A DNA stretch of 46,765 nt from Eledone cirrhosa. Its lineage: Eukaryota. Below, piece by piece: positions 27,560 to 42,906 of the stretch; the first letter of the stretch is position 1; every line of letters begins with the position of its first letter. The DNA lies in contig CAXHJY010001411.1 in the NCBI GenBank assembly GCA_964016885.1, positions 1 to 46,765 on the forward strand, given 5' to 3'. The notes below the pieces were generated by a model. It did no database searches and was not told where the DNA came from. It saw only the letters and a program-made list of their open reading frames with translations. Position numbers and translations under genes: made by a program.

Positions 27560-27990
27560 GGTGGTGTGTGTAGGTGTAGCTGTGTAGCTGTGTAGCTATG
27601 TGTAGGTTTGTGTGTAGCTGTGTGTAGGTGCGTTGGTGTGTAGCTGTGTAGATGTGTAGCTGTGTGTAAGTCTGTATGTAGCTGTGTGTAGGTCTGTAGG
27701 TGTGTAGGTGTGTATCTGTGTAGCTGTGTTTAGGTCTGTATGTGTGTAGGTGTGTGTTTGTAGGTGTAAATAGATGTGTGTAGGTGTGTGTGTAGCTGTG
27801 TATAGGTCTGTGTAGCTGTGTATAGGTCTGTATGTGTGTAGCTGTGTGTAGGTGTGTGTAGCTGTGTGTAGGTCTGTAGGTGTGTGGGTCTGTATGTGTG
27901 TGTGTGTAGCTGTGTAGGCGCGTGTGTAGCTGTGTGTGAGTAGCTGTTTAGGCGTGTGTGTGTGTGTAGCTGTGTAGGTGTGTATGTTGG
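27560..27990. repeat. Degenerate (TGTAGCTG/TGTAGGTG)n satellite
   Basis: Read directly. Confidence 0.85.
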
Positions 27991-28292
27991 TGTGTATGTG
28001 TGTGTGTTTGTATGTGTTTGTATCTGTGTGTGTATGTGAATGTAAGTGGGTCGGTGTTTGTTGGTGTAATTAATGTGTGTGTATGTGTATGTGTGTGTGT
28101 ATCTGTGTATGTGTGTGTGTGTATGTAGTTAACACCAACAATATGTGTATGTCTCTGTGCGTCGTCAATGTGTGTATGTACGTGTGTATGTATATATATA
28201 TATATATGAATATATGTATGTATGTGTGTAGTGTAGTTGATATTCTGTGTGTATGTCTATGTATGTAGGTGTGTATATATATATATATGTAA

Positions 28293-28324
<32 letters not shown>

Positions 28325-28419
28325 GTGTAGTTAATCAAATTTGGTCAGGACGCCAAATGGCTCTGTCATTGATAGTGTACGGATTGATGGATCGGGGCCG
28401 AGGTGTGTGTGTGTATGTA

Positions 28420-28486
28420 TATAGCGTATATATGTGTGTATATATATATATGTGCTTGTGCGTGTATATATATATATATATGCTTC

Positions 28487-28528
<42 letters not shown>

Positions 28529-28625
28529 TGTGTGTACATATTGGGATGTCAAGTATGAAATGTGTAGAATGTTGTGTTATTTCTACATATTTGTACAAAT
28601 TTCATACTTGACGAACCAATATATT

Positions 28626-28656
<31 letters not shown>

Positions 28657-28832
28657 ATGTATATATATATATGTGTGCTTGTGTGTGTATATATATAGTG
28701 TATATATGTGTGTATATATATATATGTGTGTGTGTATGTATATATATATGTGCTTGTGTGTGTATATATATAGTGTATATATGTGTGTATATATATATGT
28801 GTGTGTGTATGTATATATATATATATGTGCTT

Positions 28833-28866
<34 letters not shown>

Positions 28867-28966
28867 GCGTGTGTGTACATATTGGGATGCCAAGTATGAA
28901 ATGTGTAGAATGTTGTGTTATTTCTACATATTTGTACAAATTTCATACTTGACGAACCAATACATT

Positions 28967-28995
<29 letters not shown>
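28420..28995. repeat. Local tandem duplication (341-bp offset) containing a hairpin
   Basis: 28525-28640 is almost identical to 28866-28981. Confidence 0.9.
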
Positions 28996-28999
<4 letters not shown>

Positions 29000-29260
29000 A
29001 TTGATACATATGTACATATATATATATGTATATGTAAGTATGTATGTATATATATATATATATAGTTATACAGTATGTATGTATATATGTGCATATATGT
29101 GTGTGTGTGTGTGTGTGTGTACATATATATCTATATACATATATATATATGTGCATATATATATATATGTGTGTGTGTATATATGTGCGCATATATATAT
29201 AAGCACATATATACATATATACATATACACAGATATATATATGTATAGATGTATATGCAC

Positions 29261-29353
<93 letters not shown>

Positions 29354-29506
29354 GTGAGAGAGAGAGAGTGTGTGTATGTGTGGGGTGTCTGATGAAACCA
29401 GATGGGGACATGTAACAATTCTGAGTTCGAATCCTTGTAAAGTTATAGATGACATCTATCTTGTTATTCATCTTCTTCTTTCGCTTGCTTTGTTGATAAT
29501 GTCACT

Positions 29507-29646
<140 letters not shown>

Positions 29647-29943
29647 TTGTACACATACATTTAGATATACGTGTATGTATCAAGTTAAAACAATGAAATA
29701 AAAAATCAAGTCATTAGAGATATACTTCACTGCTTTACGATCGTTTCTAGGTGATGATAATACATTGTAGCTATACTCCGTTATTGATCTATGTAAGGTT
29801 AGTTACAAACTATCAGATAAAGAGAATATTTACTTACATGCATATCACCAGCTGTTTTCAAAAGCAATAATAACTTTATTCAGAATTAGTAGTATGTTAG
29901 TATCATGTCCTTATTTGGAGGTAGTTGAACTAACCAATCAAAT

Positions 29944-30027
<84 letters not shown>

Positions 30028-30429
30028 CTAATATATATAATTTTATATATATAATTTTATATAAACAATGATAGAAAAAACAATGTCGCCTTGTATTGAT
30101 TCAAATATGTCATTATTTCTGAGTAAATGAATAGAAATAAACATAGAGAACTTACCGTTATTACTATTATTGCTACTGTTATTATTATTACTATCATTAT
30201 TATTTTTATTATTATTACTATTATTATTTTTTTATTATTATTATTATTTTCATTATTGTTATTGTTTTCTAAAGTACTTCCCTATTCTTTCCTTTCTTAA
30301 ACATTTTTCCCATCAATATTTGACAATTGATTTTATCATTTCGTATTCTCTGCTTTTCAACTTTAAAACAACATTCTTTGATTCAAAGAATGTTGTTAAC
30401 TAAATCAAAGAAAACAAATTAAGAATATA

Positions 30430-30521
<92 letters not shown>

Positions 30522-30663
30522 TATATACATATATATATATACACACACAGATACATATATATATATATACACATATATATAAAGATATTCGTACATATAT
30601 ATATATATACATATTAAAATATATATATATATATACATATATGTATGCATATTATTAAATGTA

Positions 30664-30743
<80 letters not shown>

Positions 30744-30756
30744 GTATACATATATG

Positions 30757-30842
<86 letters not shown>

Positions 30843-30920
30843 TATTATTAAAATGTATATATATTATATACATATATATATATATATATATATACGTATA
30901 CATATTAAAATCTATATACA

Positions 30921-31015
<95 letters not shown>

Positions 31016-31393
31016 GTATATATATATACATATATATAAATATATATATATAGGAAATACATTGAGGGGGACATATTGAAAAAAAAATACGTAGGAGAGA
31101 TACCAAAAAGCTTTAGGTACTTAGATTAAGACAAGAACAAGTATTTTCATTAATCTATAAATTCATCGAACTCCGTTGTTTAAATGTCTACTTTATTCCA
31201 ATACAATATACTTCTGCTCATTTATGTATTTAGCTATGTATATTGAATATCGATCTCTCTGTCTATCTGTCTTTCTATTTGTTGATATATCTATCTTTCG
31301 GTCTATCTTTTAATTTATACATCAATATCTATATATATATATATAAATGTGATATATATATATAAGTCCAGAATTACATATATATATATAAAA

Positions 31394-31531
31394 GTCCAGA
31401 ATTAGCCGTCGAAACGGCTTGAGCCCAGCCGTCTGAGTCCTACGCGTTCCTATTAGCCACTCTACTACCTTAAGTATTGAGTACTTTGGTGCGTTATGGT
31501 CCACCTGGTTTCTTACCACATTTCCTTCGTT
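31394..31531 (+). mobile_element. Family B repeat, 138 bp
   Basis: Colinear with 17838-17975; its first bases GTCCAGAATTA are duplicated just upstream at about 31366. Confidence 0.88.
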
Positions 31532-31534
31532 ATT

Positions 31535-31638
<104 letters not shown>

Positions 31639-31652
31639 CTTGTGTGTGTGTG

Positions 31653-31860
31653 TAAAAGGTAAACAGAAATAACAACACAGTCGGTACAGTATATGGCAGG
31701 TATATATTAGGTTAACACTTGATATAGCAGGAAGAGGGTCTTAATGTTTCGGACGCTAGTCCTTCATCACAAGAAAGAATGAGAAATAAGATAGATTGAG
31801 GGGACGGGCTGGTTGGAATTGGAAAAAAGTAACAGGTCCATACATGTTGACATCTCTTGG
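31653..31860 (-). mobile_element. Family A repeat with mutated hammerhead
   Basis: Minus strand 31739-31774 reads UCUU-GUGAUGA-AGGAC(UAGC)GUCC-GAAACAUU-AAGA. Confidence 0.82.
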
Positions 31861-32403
31861 TATATATATATATATATATATATATATTTCAATGCGGTCT
31901 CCTTCCTTTAAATGTATTTTTTGTAAATTCAATTATCAAAACAAAAATTTAAAAAAAAAAAAAAAAAAGCTAAAAAGCTAAAAAGCTAAATAATAAATCA
32001 AATTTAAATATATAAATAACTTAATTTCACTTTGGAAATAATTTCCGGAAACTTATAAAGAAACGAATGGAAAAGTCGTCTAAGCAGTATGGCGTCTATC
32101 AATGTATGTCAGTGATACTTAGTTGCTTTAGGCAATGTAGACGTTATCGTCTGCTTCTTACTGATTTGTCATTCATGTAGCCTGCGATCGTATGGATAGC
32201 AAATGGTGAAATTATTATCTCCTAAAGAAAGTACAACTTGGTTGAATACAAATCGGACAACAGGGTTTCTTGACTTGGTTTTTGTTCATTTAATTCTTTT
32301 CACAACGAAATTTGTCTTTGTGTGTGTGTGGGCGTATATATATATGTGTATATGTGTTTGTGTGTGTGCGTGTGTATGTGTGTGTTTGGATAAGTGTGTG
32401 AGT

Positions 32404-32468
<65 letters not shown>

Positions 32469-32727
32469 AGCGTGTGAATATGCGTATATATATATATATA
32501 TATATATTATATACATGCGTATATATATATATTATATACATGTGTGTGTGTGACTGTATATGCGTGTATATGTGTGTATATATGTGTATATATTTGTGTG
32601 TGTCTGTGGATATATATATATATATATTATATATACATATGACTGTATATGTATGTATATATGTCTGTGTTTGTGTGTGTATGTGGACGTGCATATATAT
32701 ATATAAATGAGTGCATGTGCCTGTGTG

Positions 32728-32775
<48 letters not shown>

Positions 32776-33197
32776 GATATATATGTACGTTTCGCTGCTA
32801 GTATACGTGAATGTGTGTATTACGATTTCTGATTATCACCACCATCACCAACACCATCACCTCAACCATATACTCCACGCCACGCCGCCATTCTCGAATG
32901 AACGACATAAGTTCAGAGCGTTTCCTCAGACCAGGTAATTATGGCTTTTTACTTGAAACTAAAGCTTCAAACGGAATGACAGAATGCATATATATATATA
33001 CAGACACACACACACACATATATATATATATATGATGTATATATAATTATATATATATTTTTATACCCTTTATTATTTCCTTACCTTATAAAATTATGTT
33101 TTTTTCACAAAAAAGTATTCTGTCTCTTATATATTCCATGTGCCATTACCAACCTCAATTTTCTCTATAACCTTCGTTTTGTGTAGAAAATTACACT

Positions 33198-33277
<80 letters not shown>

Positions 33278-33281
<4 letters not shown>

Positions 33282-33357
33282 TGTATATATTTATATATAT
33301 ATATATATGAATATGAAATAAATATATATATATATATATATATATATTTATTTCATA

Positions 33358-33405
<48 letters not shown>

Positions 33406-33469
33406 TGTATATATTTATATATATATATATATGAGTGTATATATTTATATATATATATATGAATATGAA

Positions 33470-33523
<54 letters not shown>

Positions 33524-33557
33524 TTCATATTCATATATATATATATAAATATATACA

Positions 33558-33593
<36 letters not shown>

Positions 33594-33629
33594 TGTATAT
33601 ATTTATATATATATATATATGAATATGAA

Positions 33630-33671
<42 letters not shown>

Positions 33672-33723
33672 TTCATATTCATATATATATATATAAATAT
33701 ATACACTCACATATATATACACT

Positions 33724-33725
<2 letters not shown>
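33278..33725. repeat. Array of alternately inverted units separated by (TA)n
   Basis: Unit TGAGTGTATATATTT(AT)nGAATATGAAATAAAT alternates with its reverse complement. Confidence 0.9.
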
Positions 33726-33791
<66 letters not shown>

Positions 33792-34055
33792 ATTCCTACT
33801 TTTCATAAGGTCTCGTTTGAGGGTTTTCTGGTAATTCCCAAGACACACATCCAACAGTATTTCTAAATCGTGTAAGTCTACTGTTGCCTTATTGTCTTTT
33901 AATCAATTTAAGCTAAACTTGGAAATGAAACTTTTGATGTCCACAGCAGGTAACTACTGCCCCCAGAATTTATTAAGACATTGTCACAATGAACAAATGA
34001 ACAGGTTGTGTGTGTGTGTAACTATGTATCTATCTATCTCTTTCTCCCTCTCTCC

Positions 34056-34106
<51 letters not shown>

Positions 34107-34190
34107 AGTATGTGCGCTTTTTGTTGAATGCTTTTTTTACATTCTTTCTCATTCTCGGTCTTCCTTTTTCATTTTGTATTTCTCTTTCTA

Positions 34191-34226
34191 ACTTCTGATG
34201 AAGGACTTGTGCCCGAAACGTGAATT
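34191..34226 (+). ncRNA. Decayed minimal hammerhead motif
   Basis: ACUU-CUGAUGA-AGGAC(UUGU)GCCC-GAAACGU-G-AAUU: stem II mismatch and non-cleavable GUG triplet. Confidence 0.5.
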
Positions 34227-34485
34227 CACTTATTATTAAATTAGCATATTTCTTGATGAGGCTGTATTATTTGCTTCATATATATATATATATATATATA
34301 TATAGATAATAAACAACACAATATAATTTGTGTTTATTATATAATTAAATAACGCTGTACTATACATAGAACACTCTGCTTTCCTTTGCTTTTTCTGCAG
34401 AAATACATAACACACACACACACTTATATATATAAACGATTCTTTGCTTAAAGTTATCTGTTATTTCAATAAATATATATGTATA

Positions 34486-34518
<33 letters not shown>

Positions 34519-34709
34519 GTATATATAATATAAAGAAGAAATTAAAAGATGGTTTAAAAAGTTCCATATATTTTATATTTTTAACCATCTTTTAATTTCT
34601 TCTTTAATATATACTCCAGTTCTACCAAATGTTGAGTGCTACTTATCTGATATATGCATAGTTTTATTGTTCTACAATATTACTCACCTGCTACATATAT
34701 ATATATATT

Positions 34710-34842
<133 letters not shown>

Positions 34843-34872
34843 TGTGTATATATTAAAATAACATATTATTAC

Positions 34873-34924
<52 letters not shown>

Positions 34925-34982
34925 TCGATAAGTTGGGAGGTAGATATGGAGGTAGATAGATAGATTGCCTAGATAAATAGAT

Positions 34983-35104
<122 letters not shown>

Positions 35105-35436
35105 TTACGGCAGCAATTTTAACAGATCTTGAGACAACACTGATGTTTAATGACTGTGTTTAAATGGGAAAGAAAAGACAATGTTTAAATATATATACAC
35201 GGCGTGTGATGTTTATAATAATTGATTAAACACTGTCTCATGTGGAGTAAAACATTGGGAAAGTCGCCATTGTGAATTATTTGGTGTGAGAGAGACGAAA
35301 GAGTAAAACTTAATAACAAACATAAACTAGACTATTGTGTTCTATACAATAGAAGGTTGTGTGCTGTGTGTTCTGTGTTGTGTACTTTGCCCTGACACTA
35401 GACTAGAGTGGAAACATCGTATACAATAGCGTATAT

Positions 35437-35481
<45 letters not shown>

Positions 35482-35583
35482 GATATATAGATATATATAT
35501 GTGTGTGTATGTGTATGTATATATAGATATAGATATTATCTATGTGTGTGTGTGGGGGTATGTGTATATATATATATAATATA

Positions 35584-35615
<32 letters not shown>

Positions 35616-35638
35616 ATGTGTGTGTCTGTATATATATG

Positions 35639-35686
<48 letters not shown>

Positions 35687-35720
35687 GATATAGATATATC
35701 TATGTGTGTGTGTGTGGGGG

Positions 35721-35760
<40 letters not shown>

Positions 35761-35797
35761 GTGTGTGTGTGTGTATGTGTGTGTCTGTATATATATG

Positions 35798-35835
<38 letters not shown>

Positions 35836-35836
<1 letters not shown>

Positions 35837-35904
35837 ACCCCCAAAATGTATTCACTTTTATTACAATGATATTGAAGCGTGTATACATTTTTGGGACGCA
35901 ATGT
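35836..35904. mobile_element. Tiny Tc1/mariner-like MITE remnant
   Basis: CCCCAAAATGTATTCACTT...AAGCGTGTATACATTTTTGGG inverted repeat; related to 1365-1432. Confidence 0.55.
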
Positions 35905-35926
35905 ATATATATATATATATATATGT

Positions 35927-35964
<38 letters not shown>

Positions 35965-36404
35965 ACGTGTGTGTATATATATGTACATATATGTGTGTAT
36001 ATATATGTACATATATGTTTGGATATATATGTATATGTGTGTGTATATATATATGTGTGTGCGTATGTATATATATATATACATATATATGTATATATAT
36101 GTGTGTGTGGGGGGTTGTGTATATATATATATATGTGTGTGTATATATATAAGTGTCGTCCATTTAATATTATACACTCAAGTTTTGTCTCAATTTGTTT
36201 TCGTCTTAATACTCCAAGGACAACTATAGACACTGAGACACCGGATGGACCGGCGGTAGGGGTGAAGGCCACGGCTTTTTGAATTGCCAACATTATATAT
36301 ATAGGTGTATATATATGTATTAGTGCATATATGTGTATGTCTTTGTGTGGGTATATATATATATATATACGTTTAGGAATAACCAAAGAGTGCTTAGAAA
36401 TACA

Positions 36405-36470
36405 TTGTTTTATTAGCTAACAGTGTTTCATCCATTCCCTATGACAGGAATCATCAGAGCTTATAAACAA
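36405..36470 (-). ncRNA. Type I hammerhead motif with extended stem I
   Basis: Minus strand reads UUGUUUAUAAGCU-CUGAUGA-UUCC...GGAU-GAA-AC(ACU)GU-U-AGCUAAUAAAACAA. Confidence 0.62.
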
Positions 36471-36706
36471 GAGTATATCAATAGATGCATACTCTGTTAT
36501 ACCAAGGGCAATATATCTGCGTGTCTAGGAACATTGATATATTTGTCAACCAAACTATATATATATATATGTATGGGTATATGTATATATATATACATAC
36601 TACTGTACGTCTGTATACATATATGTATGTACGTATACATACATACTTACATTTAAGTATCAGCCGTACTAAGAGTGAGAAATGAAATTTCGTTTCATTC
36701 TTTTCC

Positions 36707-36765
<59 letters not shown>

Positions 36766-36794
36766 TATATATATATAAATATATATATAATTAT

Positions 36795-36827
<33 letters not shown>

Positions 36828-36885
36828 ATTATATATATATATAAATATATATATAATTATATATATATATAAATGTATATATATA

Positions 36886-37062
<177 letters not shown>

Positions 37063-37065
37063 AAT

Positions 37066-37158
<93 letters not shown>

Positions 37159-37209
37159 TAAAGAAAGTCCTCATGCACAGAAATGCCGTCAGCGGTCGAT
37201 AGCAAATTC

Positions 37210-37315
37210 TAATAATTATTTTCTGATTCAAGCACAAGGCAAACAATTTTAGGGAAAGGAAAAAGTCGATTATTCGACACCAGTGTATTACTGGTACTTT
37301 ATTTTATAGATCCCG
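37210..37315 (-). mobile_element. Old SINE 3' fragment (long-form subfamily)
   Basis: GCACAAGGC...GTCGATTATTCGACACCAGTGTATTACTGGTACTTTATTTTAT. Confidence 0.8.
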
Positions 37316-37404
37316 TTATTGTTCTTTTATTGGTGTATATTAAAGTTGCGGTTATTGATGTTGTTGGTGATGGTCGTGGCATTTTATTGGTGTATTCTGT
37401 ATAT

Positions 37405-37482
37405 CATGTTGTTGTTTTTGTTGTTATTGTTGTTTTTATATTTGGTGTATGTTTTACTTGTTGTTGCTGTTGTTGTTGTTGC

Positions 37483-37519
<37 letters not shown>

Positions 37520-37552
37520 GAGGTTGTTGTTGTTGTTGTTGTCTTTATTGTT
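37405..37552. repeat. (GTT)n microsatellite
   Basis: Read directly. Confidence 0.92.
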
Positions 37553-37680
37553 TTCTTACAAAGTAAACAATTATTATTTTTTTTAATTTAATCTTTTAAT
37601 CCGAAAATAATCTAAACTATATTTCCGTTCTAACTGCACGTCTGTACACACAGAGGAACAAACATGAACATTATACATAC

Positions 37681-37731
<51 letters not shown>

Positions 37732-37756
37732 GAAACAGATTGGTACATATATATAT

Positions 37757-37804
<48 letters not shown>

Positions 37805-37964
37805 ATGTATATATGTATGTATATGTATGTATATATATGTATAACAGTTATATATATATACACTCAGTTGTAGATAAGACGAAAAAATCGGCAAATATAA
37901 TTATGGAAAATCTCATAAACAATTATATCCTGAGGAAATAAAAGACAAACATTAAAAATATAAC

Positions 37965-37995
<31 letters not shown>

Positions 37996-38037
37996 TATAC
38001 ATATGTGTGAGTTTGAGAGTATGTACTCGCATACAAT

Positions 38038-38095
<58 letters not shown>

Positions 38096-38164
38096 GAGGT
38101 ATATGCGTAAATATATATATAAATACACATATATGTTTACATACCTACATACATATAAATATGT

Positions 38165-38210
<46 letters not shown>

Positions 38211-38295
38211 TAAAAAAACGAAAAATCAGTGCTGCATCTGGACTCAGTTTATTGCATACCACCTATGGAAGCATCATAGCTACCATTATACACAA

Positions 38296-38352
<57 letters not shown>

Positions 38353-39078
38353 TATATATATAACATGGCATCTGAAATCAAACCCCACCTCCACCACCAC
38401 CAACAAGGCCTTCCCTCCATCTATCCTCCCCTCTCTCCTTCCTTCACCACCACCCCCTCCCCCTCTCTCTCACTCTCTCTAGCTTACTCTACCTCTTACC
38501 CCCATTCCCGATCTATGTACGTTTTGTAAAGTCAGATAATATTTTAATATTTTCACATTGTATTGTTAGCTTTAAACTTTCTTAATTGACAAATACATTT
38601 TGTCAAACAATATTTTGATTTCTGATTTAAATTGCTATTTTTTCTCTTCCTAATTCCTTCACTAATACCAATTGATCAAATTTGAAGTATTTTGACAGAT
38701 AAAAATGATAAATATGGCAGCCACAAAAGATATGGGATCGTTGTGTGTTTTCGCTTGTGATTTTATATTTAATGTTTTGTTACAAATTGCAGTTTGTATA
38801 TATTAATCTTGTTGGAAATAGTGGTTGTTGTGTTTGTTGTTGTGGTGGTGGTTTGGTGGTGGTGGTGGTGGTGGTTTGGTGGTTGTGGTGGTGGTGGTTT
38901 TTGTTGCTGTAATAGACTAGGAGGTTTTTCAATATGTATGTGTATATGTGCATATACATACATTTATATGTATGAGTATATGAGTATATAGATATAAACT
39001 TGCAAACGCAGACACGCTTACAAAAATACACACTCAGAGTATATATATATATATATATACATACATATACACATACAA

Positions 39079-39110
<32 letters not shown>

Positions 39111-39117
39111 GTATGTT

Positions 39118-39171
<54 letters not shown>

Positions 39172-39228
39172 CGTGTATGTATGTATATATATATGTATGT
39201 ATGTATATATATATTTATATACATACAC

Positions 39229-39282
<54 letters not shown>

Positions 39283-39596
39283 GTGTACATATATAAATAT
39301 ATATAAATATATATGGTGGTTGATAGCCAGAATACATTGTTGTGTAAATGAAGAGGGGGGGGGGTAAAAGTGATAGTATGCTGTTTGATGTTCTGCCCCG
39401 TAGTATTGGCTCTAGGGCCAGAACGTTACTCTTCATCGTCTGAAGACACGAACCTATATTTCCGCAAGCTTTCCAACTGTGAAGTTTTAGAGGGACTTCA
39501 ATGGAAGAAAGAATCAGCCATACTCTGACACACGTCTCTCTCCATCTCTCTCTCTCTCTCTCTCTATCTCTATCTCTCTCACTCTCTCACTCTCTC

Positions 39597-39666
<70 letters not shown>

Positions 39667-39821
39667 CGTTATATGTAAGTATATATGTATTTATATATAT
39701 ATATATATATATGTGTGTGTGCGTGTGTGTGTGTGTGTATAAATGTATATAAATATGTGTGTGTGTGCGTATAGGCATAGAGTGATAAATATATGTTCAC
39801 ATATATAAATAATCTATTCAT

Positions 39822-39852
<31 letters not shown>

Positions 39853-39914
39853 TATATGTTTATATGTTTATATATATATACATATATATATATATACATG
39901 TTTATATATACATG

Positions 39915-39964
<50 letters not shown>

Positions 39965-39967
39965 TAT

Positions 39968-40023
39968 ATAGGAAAAAGTATGACCCCGACGGCCGAGCTC
40001 AAGCCGTTTCGACGGCTATTTCT

Positions 40024-40026
<3 letters not shown>
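39968..40026 (-). mobile_element. Family B 5' fragment
   Basis: GACCCCGACGGCCGAGCTCAAGCCGTTTCGACGGCTATTTCTGGA, with the same terminus as the other copies. Confidence 0.8.
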
Positions 40027-40082
<56 letters not shown>

Positions 40083-40098
40083 TATTTACATATTTATA

Positions 40099-40143
<45 letters not shown>

Positions 40144-40468
40144 CGGAATATATTATTTATATCATCGAATTTGTAGATAGATAGACTATTTACTTTAATA
40201 GGTGTAATTTCACACATCCTCAATATCAGTGATGTTAACAGTTAATTTCAGCAGATTCTAATCAGACACATTTATATATATATATATATATATATGTGTA
40301 ATCTTCTGTATTTTACCTCTGTAGTGTACCAACTAATATTGTTCCATATGTTTAGATATTCATAAAAATCGTAATCATATCTCGCATATTCTTCTATATT
40401 TTATTATCCTATATAATATTAAATTTCATATATATAGAGATATACGAATTTTATATTTATATTTATTT

Positions 40469-40509
<41 letters not shown>

Positions 40510-40517
40510 TTCTAGTT

Positions 40518-40548
<31 letters not shown>

Positions 40549-40554
40549 TTCTAG

Positions 40555-40623
<69 letters not shown>

Positions 40624-40920
40624 TATATATATATAACAATTTCTAGTTGTTACATATATATATATTTATATATATATTTATTTATATATTTATATATTTA
40701 TTTATATTTATATATATATATATATGTATATATATATGTATATATATTTATTTATATATATATATATATATATGCATTTATTTATTTAATTATATATATA
40801 TATTTATATATATGTATTTATTTATTTATTGATATATATATATATTTATATATAGATATATTTATATATTCATTTATACATATATATATTTATATATTTA
40901 TTTTTATTTATATATATATA

Positions 40921-40957
<37 letters not shown>

Positions 40958-41100
40958 TATATTTATATATATATATATATTAATTAATATATTTATTTAT
41001 ATATATTACGGCGGTGAAATTCTTTTGAGAGGTTTTTTTATATAGATTCATATATTTACATTTATTGTCTTTCTATCTATCATTACAACTATGCATATAC

Positions 41101-41355
<255 letters not shown>

Positions 41356-41361
41356 TTAAGA

Positions 41362-41435
41362 GACGCGTTTCGCTCTCCCCAGCGTTGTGACTTTAATGCA
41401 TAAATTTAAACCTTTTTGAAAACGTGCATCTTCAG
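41362..41435 (-). ncRNA. Hammerhead-like motif with ACGCGU palindromic stem III
   Basis: Minus strand reads CUGAAGA-UGC...(long loop)...GC-GAAACGCGUC; stems I and II are weak. Confidence 0.45.
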
Positions 41436-41565
41436 TTATTCAAATTTAATTTTCTTAGTATTATTAGATACAGAAGGAAACAACGAAATTTACATATATT
41501 AATTATGTAATGTACATATACATATATATTTATACACGCATAGATATGTAGGTATCCAGATGTTC

Positions 41566-41609
<44 letters not shown>

Positions 41610-41884
41610 TTCATTTTTCATATTTATTTTTTGTTTCTATTTTAATATGTAAAGTTTGAGGGGGGAAGTTAATTCTTCTTCGTGTTTCGTGTATTCTATT
41701 AAATAAATTTTCATTAATCTATTTATTTATTTATTCTGGTCTGTTTTGAATTTTTGAATTTGAGGTATTGTTTACCAACAATCTTCCTTCTCTTGTATTT
41801 TCTCTTGTTTTTGCCTATTATATTTCGGAGAAAGTTACATTCATCGTTTTTCTTTTATCATTTTTGTATCGAATAATAATTTCG

Positions 41885-42128
41885 AACTTTGAATGTAAAG
41901 TGACATAACTCTATTCTGCAAAACATGGCGTATGAAGCTCTACCGCAACTGCAAATCAATCGCTCTTAAATAATTGTTTCTCCTTTTGGCACAAGGCCAG
42001 CAATGATCCCAGAAAGGATGAAAGGCAAAGTTAACCTCGGTGAGATTTGAACTCAGACCGTAAAGAGGCATAACTCTATCCTGCAAAGTATGGCATTCGA
42101 CCCTTTACCGATACTACCAATCTACCAT
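41885..42128 (-). mobile_element. Internally deleted SINE (41970-42128) plus adjacent 5' SINE fragment
   Basis: AATTGTTTCTCCTTTTGGCACAAGGCCAG...GGATGAAAGGCAAAGTTAACCTCGG...TTTGAACTCAGA; CATAACTCTAT(T/C)CTGCAAA occurs twice. Confidence 0.85.
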
Positions 42129-42361
42129 CGATTCGAATGCAAGCAAACAGCCTCAATACGCTGTGTTTAAGATATCCATCCTCATCCTTTTGTTCTAGCA
42201 ATGACACAGATAGAGAAATAATGGACAGCAATATTATTGTTTCTGAGTTATTGCCCTTTGTCAAGATTGTGTATATCTCTCTTCTCTATCACACTAGAAC
42301 TCTTGAGAATATATAGCATTCTCTATAGTATACATTGGCTGATTAGCTTAATTTGCATAGC

Positions 42362-42408
<47 letters not shown>

Positions 42409-42555
42409 TTATTTATTTATTTATTGATTTATTTATATATATATATATATATAAATAAGAAAGAGAGATTTTTTCAAGATTACTTGAGAGAATTAGGTTT
42501 TAGGAATACTAGCATAAAAAGCTAATATGGAAATGCAAATATATATATGTGTAAG

Positions 42556-42638
<83 letters not shown>

Positions 42639-42769
42639 GCATTTACATATTAGCTCTATATGCTTAGTTTGGAATTCTAGCGTTCCTAAAACCTAAATCA
42701 ATATAATACGCTTGAAAGACACTCTCTTCGTTATTCATATATATATATATATTTCTATACTAACGTCTC

Positions 42770-42906
<137 letters not shown>

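Noticed and set aside
29385-29456. CTGATGA...CGAAT hammerhead-like motif, or B box GAGTTCGAATCC
   Set aside because: GAAA and the cleavage triplet are non-canonical and there is no A box; ambiguous between two weak readings
29832-29870. Minus-strand 14-nt microexon-like pattern (CAG...GTAAGT)
   Set aside because: Weak acceptor, not frame-preserving, and no partner exons identified
32830-32940. Possible exon ending CAG|GTAATT
   Set aside because: No acceptor and low-complexity translation
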